Assembly (NCBI GenBank): GCA_004431415.1
Contig: QPMI01000245.1
Span: forward strand, 1-64,000
DNA from: Cyanophora paradoxa CCMP329
Lineage: Eukaryota > Plantae > Glaucophyta
Length of the DNA: 64,000 nucleotides
Direction: 5' to 3'
The notes beneath the pieces are model-generated. The model worked only from the letters and a program-made list of their open reading frames with translations. It had not been told where the DNA came from and did not search any database. Position 1 is the first letter of the stretch. Every line of letters begins with the position of its first letter. Of the stretch, positions 56,714 to 64,000 are shown in pieces. Both the position numbers and the translations under genes were made by a program.

Positions 56714-56969
56714 TGTCGGATGAGAGGATTCCCACCCGGTGCAGCGTCCGTGCGGTCACGCACGGGCTGTGGCTGTAGCTGGGAGCACAAGTGGTCTATT
56801 CACCAGTGTACCCGTCCAGGGATCGCGTACCCCCAAACGGAGTCGCGCCCGGCGCTAAGTCAGAATACAGAGAGTGCTAGAGCTAGCTGCTCGATAGCAC
56901 TAGACTAGGGCTAGCGGCTACGCATAGACTACCGGCTAGCCTAATCCGAGGGAATCGCGGCACGCGACA
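56714..56969 (-). repeat. 5' LTR (256 bp)
   Basis: Identical to 38417-38672 and followed by GAGTT. Confidence 0.97.
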
Positions 56970-57325
56970 GAGTTCTAGGGGTACCGGTAGTAACGGGCCT
57001 AACGGCCCGAGTTTTTGTCTCTTGAATCGGTCAAGTCCCTTTTTTTGCGCAACGCCTTCCTTGATCATGAATGATGGTACTACAGTAGATACCGGGGTAC
57101 CCGCCAGCGACGGGCTGGAGCCTGGCGGCCACGTATGCGTGCATCATGGCACCACCTGCTCTGCACTGCAGCTGAGTCTGCAGTCGCCCCTGTCCCGCTG
57201 CAGCTGCTGACTCCCGCACACTGCCCCGCGCTCGTGCAGCGCGCTCGCCATCGGATCATCGCATGGTTCTGATTGCGGGCGGCAGGCAGGGGCCAGCCGC
57301 AGCCGGCGGGGTGGGGCCGGCTGCC

Positions 57326-60300
57326 CTACTGGATGGAGAGGGTCCAGTCGGCGTCGACGGGGGCGGCCGGCTGCCGCAGCGTCAGCCGCCGCGCCGCCGC
57401 GTCGTACTCGAACTCGACAGGGTGCGGGGCCCCGCCGGCGACTGCGATGGAGGCGGCGCGGGGCGCGGCCGGCCAGCCCAGCACCACCACCCGCTCCACT
57501 ACCGTCCCCGGCGCGAACGTCTCCTGCGCGGCGCGGCCCGCTCAGGCACGCCGTCGCCGGCGAGGGGCGGGGGCGGGGGGCGAGGGCGCGGGGCGGACGG
57601 TGCGGGCGGGGAGGGGGATCTCGGCGCCGGCGGCCTTCGAGGTGAGGGCCTTGTCTGCGGGGCCGGCCCGGTGAGAATGGCGCGCGTGAGCGGGAGAAGG
57701 CGCCCGGCGGGCGGCCCACCGGCGAAGGAGAAGGCGCGGTGGATGAAGCCGCCGCTGCCGCACCCCGTCAGGCCCGCCGCGCGGGGGCGGGGCGGGGCGG
57801 GGCGGAGCGGGCGGCACCGCTGGTAGGCGTAGGAGCGGCCGTCGTCGACGTAGAGCTCGCCCTCCGCACGCCCCTGCGCCCCGCCCGCCTCGCTCGGCCC
57901 GGCCCGCGCGGGCGCCGCGCCGCGCCGGGCGGGGCGGGCGGGGCGGGGCGGACGGCGGAGTCGAGGGCGACGAGGAGGGTGTAGGGGTCGGCGTGGGAGG
58001 CGGCCGAGGAGCGGCGCTGGCGCTCGCGGCGCGGCACGACGGAGCCGCCGCGCTGGAAGACCGGCACCACGTCCAGCGGCGCCTGCACCGTCACCGTCTG
58101 CCCGCCCGCCACCGCCGAGCCCTTCCAGTAGTCGTACCACGGCTGCAAGGGGCGTAAGGGCGGCGGCAGCGCGGGGGGGGGCGTGGAGGCGGACCTGGTC
58201 GCCGGGAAGGTAGACGGAGACAGAGGTCTGGCCCTCCTTCACGGCCGGCTTGACGAGGATGTCCCGTCCCACCAGCCACTGGTCGTCCATCGCGAACGTC
58301 GCCGCGTCCGCCGGGTACTCCGCCCACAGCGGCCTGCCACGGCGCTCGGCGCGGCGCGCGGGCGGGGCGAGCGAGGGGAGCGGGGTGCTCCGCACCGCAT
58401 CGGGGGCATGCCGGTGACGTGGGCGGCGCGGAAGAGGGTGTACCAGTAGGGGAGGAGGGCGTAGCGGGCCTGGATCGCCGCCCGGATGTGCGACGTGTAC
58501 GGCTCGCCGAACAGCCACGGCTCCCGCCGCTTCGTGTCTGGCGACAGCTCAGCCGGGGCCGGCGGAGCGGGGCGGGGCGGGGGGCACCGATGTGGGCGTG
58601 GCCGCGGAAGAAGGGCGTGAAGGCGCCTGCCTGGTACCAGCGGACCATCAGCTCCGGGCCCGGGTTGTAGAAGAACCCGCCCACGTCCGCTGCGCGCGCG
58701 CGCGAGAGCGAGCGAGCCGCGTCGGCCGGGGCGGCGCGGAGAGGGGCGGGGGCGGCGGGGCAGCGAAGGCGGGGCGGACCGCCGGAGAAGACGATGCCGG
58801 AGAGGGAGAGGGCGAGGAGCATCGGGCTCGCCGCCTCCAAATGCTCGAACTTGGCCTGCGCCCCGAGGCTCGCGCACGCCCCGGCCCGGCCCGATGGGCC
58901 CCGGCGGGGGCGGCGGCGGGGGGACCTGGTTGTCGCCGGTCCAGACGGCGCCGTACTTCTGGGAGCCGGCGAAGAAGGAGCGGGAGAGGACGAAGGGGCG
59001 GTCCTGCCGCCCGCTCCGCCGCAGGTGGCCCTCGAACGTCGCCGCGTTCTGCGCACCGCCACCCGCCCCTCAGAGGAGAAGGAGGGCGGGGGCGGGGCGG
59101 GGGCGGGGCGGGGGCGGGGCGGGGCGGGGCGGCGGGCCTGAAGGAAGCCGTACATGTTGTGGACGTCGCGGTGCTCCACGCCGCCCGCGTGCACCGCGTC
59201 CTTCGCCGTCTGCAGCTCCGGCCCGTTGAACTGCGTCGGCTGCGCAAAACGAGCTCAGGGGGGCGAGGGGGCGGGGTGCGCGGGCGGGGCGGGCCTCGTT
59301 CATGTCGTTCCAGGTGTAGAGGGTCTTGGTGGAGCCCTTGTACTGGTCGTAGGCGTGCTTGTCCGCGTACCAGCCGCGCACCTCCGGGCTCAGAAAGTCC
59401 AGGTACGACACCGAGCCTGCCCGCCCCGCCGCGCAGCGCGTCAGAGGGGCCAGGCGCGAGCGAGCGGGCGGGCGGGCGGGGACGGGGGCGGGAACGGGTG
59501 CGCACCGGGCCAGCACCAGCCCTCGTAGTCGGAGCCCTCGGCGGTCTTGATGTAGTAGCCCTTGGAGGTCGCCTCCGAGTGGATGTGGTACCCGCTGTCC
59601 CGCTTGATATGCGGGTCGATGATCGTCACCATCTGCCCCCGGGGCAAGTCAGGCGCCGGCCCGCGGGGCGAGTGAGGAAGCGGGGCGAGCGGGACGGGCG
59701 GGGGCGGGGCGGGCCTTGCGGCCGCGGGAGGCGAGGTCCTCCTGCATGGCGGCGGGGTTGGGGAACTTGGTGGCGTCCCACGTCATGTACCTGCCCCGGC
59801 CCCTCAGCGGGGGCCGAGCGCAGCGGGCAAGGCGGGCTGGGGAGCGGGGGCGCGCTTCTTGCCGTCGGTGTGCTCGATGTCGAGCCAGAGGACGTCGTAC
59901 GGGATGTCGTTCTCGTCGAAGCCCTGCGCCACCACCACCTCAGCCCGGGCGAGAAGGGGCGAGGGCCGGGGCGGCGGGTTCGGGCGGACGGCGTCGACGG
60001 CCTTGACGTCCTCCTCGTTGTTGTAGTTCCAGCGGCACTGGTGGTACGCCGTCGCGAAGTACTGCGGCATCGCCGGGCGGCCGGTGACGGCCGTGTACTG
60101 GCGCTGGACGTCGCCGAAGGAGGGCCCCATCATGAAGAAGAGGTCCATCGCCCCGCTCTCCGCCATCCAGTGCGACTCGGGGCCCGGGCCGGCCTGGCCC
60201 CGGCAGAAGAGCGCGCCCAGCAGGCACTGCACCGGTCAGCCGGCGCGGGGCGGGGGCGGCGGAGCAGAGGGAGGGGCGGGACCTTCTCGGCGGGCTGCTG

Positions 60301-61427
60301 GAGGACGTCGACGAACATCTCGCCGGCGTTGAGCCAGAAGACGGCGCTCGTCTTCTCCGCGTCGTGCCCCAGCATCAGCGGCACCGCCCCGTACAGCCCG
60401 ATGTTGTTCTCCAGCTCGTACCTGCCCCGGCGTCGGCGGCGGGGCGCGGCGGGAGGGAGTGGGAGCGGCCCGCACTCGAAGATGTCGAGGGTGTAGAGGC
60501 GGTACGGCTCCGTCGACTCGCTCACGCCCTCCCCGCTGCCCCGCGCCCCGTCGCCCGCGCCGGGGCCGGGGCCGGGGCGGGCGCGGCGGGGGTACCGGGT
60601 GGGCTTGAGGGCCATGGAGGTGGCGCGCTCGGGGATGCCGTACACGTGCTTCGCCCCCAGGAACGTGAAATCGGTGCCCATCGACGCGGGGCCTGCGCAT
60701 CCGGCCCCACCCCGCTCGCAACCGCGCCGCGCGGCGAGGCGAGGCGGGCGCGGCGCGGCGGGCGCACCGAAGGGCTTCTTGTCGGTGTGCGAGCCGAAGG
60801 ACTCGGAGCCGGCGCTCTCGAGGCCGCTGGAGCCGTCGTCGGGGGAGTTGCGCGCGCGCTCCCAGTTGAAGAGGTTCCGCGCGTTCATCACGATGGCCGG
60901 GCCCTTCGGGCCGCTCACGGTCAGCCGGAACGGCGAGTGCTCGATCTTCACCGACGAGGTGCCGGCGGTCACGACCGTCGCGCCAGCCTGCGGCGGCGTC
61001 GGCGGCGCAGGCGGGGAAGTACTGGAAGGCCCGAGAGAGTTCGCACCTCAGCGGTCTTGGCGTACTGGGCGACCGATGCCTTGAGGTCCTCCTCCTGCAC
61101 GACGACTGGCACCTCGAACCGCGGCCGCGCCGGGTTCACTTCTCGAACGCGCAGGCGGAAAGTGGCATCGCGGTAGGGCGTGAGCTCAAACTGCAGCTTG
61201 TTCTCCGCCTGCTCGCTGTGCACAAGCACGCCGACTACACTGCTGCCATCGCCAGCGATGCTCTCAGGCAGCACGCTCCACTTGGACGGGTCGCCCGCCT
61301 TGTTGAAGCTGCGCTGGCGCTTGCAGAAGCCGGTATCGCCGCACTTGCGAAACTTGTTGGCTTCGAACGCACTCGCAAGGGCGAGGAACGCGACCAGGGC
61401 GACCAGCACCAGCGCCCCGCGACGCAT
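57326..61427 (-). CDS. GANAB: ER glucosidase II alpha subunit (GH31)
   Basis: Signal peptide plus [101 protein letters not shown]; ends DADWTLSIQ*. Confidence 0.96.
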
Positions 61428-61671
61428 CTCGGATGGCCCCCGACGGTCCGCGGCCGACTTTCGATCTACTCCGCGTCGAAAGAAAGGGCCTCTGATTGTG
61501 CGCTTCTGTGTCCTGCTCGAGATTGTGTACCCAGTGCGACGTGCCGTGCCTGTACCCCGCTGAGACGACTGATCTCAAAACCGTGCCGCAGCGCGCGTAT
61601 GACACGACACTTCACGTTCTAAGACGCTTTAGCATCTTTTGCGTCAGCAGCATCATTTGCGTCAGTACGCA

Positions 61672-63385
61672 ATGGGCGAGCTGCTCGAGCTGCCCTCGGA
61701 GCTCCTCACGCGCGTGCTGGAGCTCCTCGGCGCGCGGGACGCGTGGAGGGCGCGCGGAACGAGCCGCGCCGTGCGCGCTGCGGTGGACGGCATCGCCTGG
61801 AACGAGCTTGAGGTCCATTACAACATCCCGGGCGACCCCGACGGTCTTTACAAGTTCGTGTGGATCATGGATTCCACGACAAGGCTCGTCGCGGGCGGGA
61901 AACTGCGGCTCGCCCCCTCCGCGACCGTCGGTCTCGTCGGGAACCTGACCGTCACCGACGACGGCCGCGAGTCCGTCCAGCTGGCCTCCTCGGCGCGCAG
62001 ACTGCTGCACGCGTGGAGCGCGGCGTGCCCGGCGCCGGGCCTGCGGAAGGTGCGCGCGGGGTTGGCGCTCAGGCTGCTGGGGCACGCGGCGCGGTCGCCG
62101 GGGCCGGCGGCGATGCTCCACTCGGTGACCGTGAGCGTGCTCGACGGGCTCTTCCCTGCGGCGGATCGGGAGGAGCGGACGACGGCCCTCTCCTCGCTCA
62201 AGCTCGACGTCGTCTTTCCCGACGCCGGGCCGCACGGCTGGGCGGTTCGTTTGCGCGCCGCCCCCGAGCTCCCCCGCCCGGGAGCAGCGGCCCGAGGCCG
62301 GGGCGGGGCAGGTGAGCGCGTCGGACGGGGCGGTGCTGCGGGCGCTGCTGGCGCCGCACGAGGCGCTGCGGTCGCTGCGGCTGCCGGGCGCGGCGGTGCT
62401 GGACCGGCGCGCCCTCGAGTTCCTCGCCGCGGCGTGCCCGCGCCTGCGCCGCCTGCGCTGCAGCCTCGCGGGAGAGGCCGCCCTCGCCGGCGCCGCCCGC
62501 CTGCCCCTCAACGAGCTCCTCGTCTGCGCCTGCGAGGGGCCCCACGGCGCCGGCCTCGCCGCCCTCGCCGCCGGCCCGCCGGCCGCTCCCTCCGCGAGTT
62601 CGCCCCTGCGCGCTCTTCGGGCGCGACGCCGCCGCCGGCGCCGCGGCCGACCTGCCGGGCGCCGCGCGGCCCGACCCGCCCGTCCTCGGGCCGGCCCTGC
62701 GCGCCCTCGCCGCCCTCCCTCCCTCGAGCACATCCACGGCTGGCTCCACGTGCGCCGCCCCCGCGCCCCGCCCCGCCGCCCGAGCCGAGGCGAGGCGGCC
62801 TGGCAGCTGGGGCACCTGACGGGGATCGGGGAGGGGACTTCCGGGCGATGGCCGCCGGCTTCCCCGCCTACGCTCCTCGCCCTCCGCCTCTACTCCGACG
62901 ACCAGGCCCGCCCCGCCCGCGCACGCCCGCCCCGCCGCCTTCTCCTCCAACGCCCGGCGCAGGTCCTGTGGCTGACCGCCGCCCTCCGCGAGTGCCGCTG
63001 GCCCCTCGAGCGCCTCGACCTCTGCCTCCGTCCGCCCCGCCCGACGCCCGCCTTCCTCCCCGCTGTTCGTCCGACCCGGCGGCGGCAGACGGGGTACAGC
63101 TGGAGCGCTGGGCGCCCCCCCGCAGTTCGGAGCGGCGGCCCTCTGCGGCCTCGCCGCCGCCGCCGCGCCCGCTTCCCCTTCTCCTTCTCCCTCTACTCCC
63201 AGCGGCCCCTGGAGCCGCCCTGCTCGCCGCCCTCGCCGCCCTCGCCCGCGCCTCGTCGCCGCGCAGATCACCGCCGCGCCCCCGCCGACGCCGCCGCCGC
63301 CGCCGGCCCCCGCGCCGCCCTCGAGGCCCTCGCCAGCGAGAGCCGCCCCGTCCGCATCCGCCTCTTCGAGCCCCCGCGCGTGTGA
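61672..63385 (+). CDS. F-box / LRR-like protein
   Basis: MGELLELPSELLTRVLELLGARDAWRARGTSRAVR (F-box), ALRSLRLPG, LEFLAAACPRLRRLRC, PLERLDLC (LRR-like). Confidence 0.75.
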
Positions 63386-63482
63386 GAAGCGACCCGCCTC
63401 GCTCTTTCGAGACACGCGTGCCGCGCCGCGGGGCGGGGCGGGGCGGGGCGGGGCGGGCCACGAGAAGAGTCAAAAGCCCTCC

Positions 63483-64000
63483 TCACTTGCCCTTGGTCAA
63501 GTTCTGGAACCACGAGAAGAATCGGAAGCCCTCCTGAGCGCCCTCCGAGGGCACGCCCTGCGCGGCGCAAGGGGCGGGGCCGAGATGTGAGTGCGCGGGA
63601 GGGCCCGAGGCGGGGAGGGGGCGGGGGCGGGGGCGGGGGCGGGCCTGGTCGGAGGCGAGGACTTTGGCGAGGAGCTCCTCGTGCTCGGGGCGGAACTCGG
63701 AGAACTTGACGCTCGAGTGGCCCTCGTTGGCGAGCGCCCCCGTCTGCGAGTTCAGCACGCACGCCTCCACGCGCGCCGCGAAGCCCTCCGCGTCGCCGCT
63801 GTACCTGACCCCGCCCCCCGCCCCTCGGCAAAGGCGAAGGCAGCGGGGGCGCCGGCCGCGGGGCGGGGCGGGGCGGCGCACAGCTCGGCGGCCTCCCGGT
63901 TGATGGCCCCCTCGAGGCGCAGCGGCGGCTGGAAGAGCTGCCGGCCCCGTCGGCCGGGGCGGCGCGGGGCGGGCGGGCGAGGGGGGCACCTTCTTCAGGA
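63483..64000 (-). CDS. 3' end of an unidentified multi-exon gene
   Basis: Exons ELFQPPLRLEGAINREAAEL, YSGDAEGFAARVEACVLNSQ...KVLASDQ, GFRFFSWFQNLTKGK*, with host-type introns. Confidence 0.65.
   Translation of the reverse strand, partial: LKKVPPSPARPAPPRPTGPAALPAAAAPRGGHQPGGRRAVRRPAPPRGRRPRCLRLCRGAGGGVRYSGDAEGFAARVEACVLNSQTGALANEGHSSVKFSEFRPEHEELLAKVLASDQARPRPRPRPLPASGPPAHSHLGPAPCAAQGVPSEGAQEGFRFFSWFQNLTKGK

Larger units (their letters stand above)
38417..56969 (-). mobile_element. Giant full-length Ty3/Gypsy LTR retrotransposon (18,553 bp), very recent insertion
   Basis: Identical 256-bp direct repeats TGTCG...CGACA, flanking 5-bp duplication GAGTT (38412-38416 and 56970-56974), and Gag-PR-RT-RH-IN domain order. 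Confidence 0.97.

Noticed and set aside
56975-57102. Hairpin plus CTAG (Helitron 3' end) or MITE-like inverted ggtacc ends next to the LTR
   Set aside because: CTAG is not followed by T, the inverted match is short and gapped, and there is no second copy in the window.
1-64000. Numerous long Arg/Pro/Gly/Ala-rich ORFs in the supplied track (e.g. 22870-24486 -, 58592-60496 +, 19476-20963 -)
   Set aside because: Antisense shadows or intron read-through caused by stop-codon scarcity at very high GC.

Overview
A very GC-rich, intron-dense eukaryotic window from a flagellated, probably plastid-bearing protist. IFT88 and a PPR protein with a Phe-2 transit-like peptide make it glaucophyte-like, which is an inference. 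About 13 multi-exon host genes were reconstructed by eye: an arginine deiminase fused to a second, apparently inactivated CtlX/COG4874-type pentein domain; an a-a'-D protein disulfide isomerase; IFT88; a PPR protein; acetyl-CoA synthetase; an adenylyl-cyclase-type membrane-anchor protein with no cyclase domain; a signal-peptide/mucin-stalk surface protein; glucosidase II alpha; an F-box protein; and several hypotheticals. Most long ORFs in the supplied track are GC-rich shadow or intron read-through frames. The dominant feature is an 18.55-kb, very young Ty3/Gypsy LTR retrotransposon (38417-56969, minus strand) with two identical 256-bp LTRs and a GAGTT target-site duplication. It carries about 16.8 kb of nearly continuous coding sequence: Gag, roughly 9 kb of unrecognised cargo including an SR-protein-like RS domain, then protease, a textbook -1 frameshift signal (C CCU UUU plus hairpin) and RT-RNaseH-(long insert)-integrase. 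Other oddities: about one third of splice donors are GC, non-coding DNA is packed with short perfect palindromes, and orphan exon fragments occur between genes. Exon boundaries are manual and approximate.
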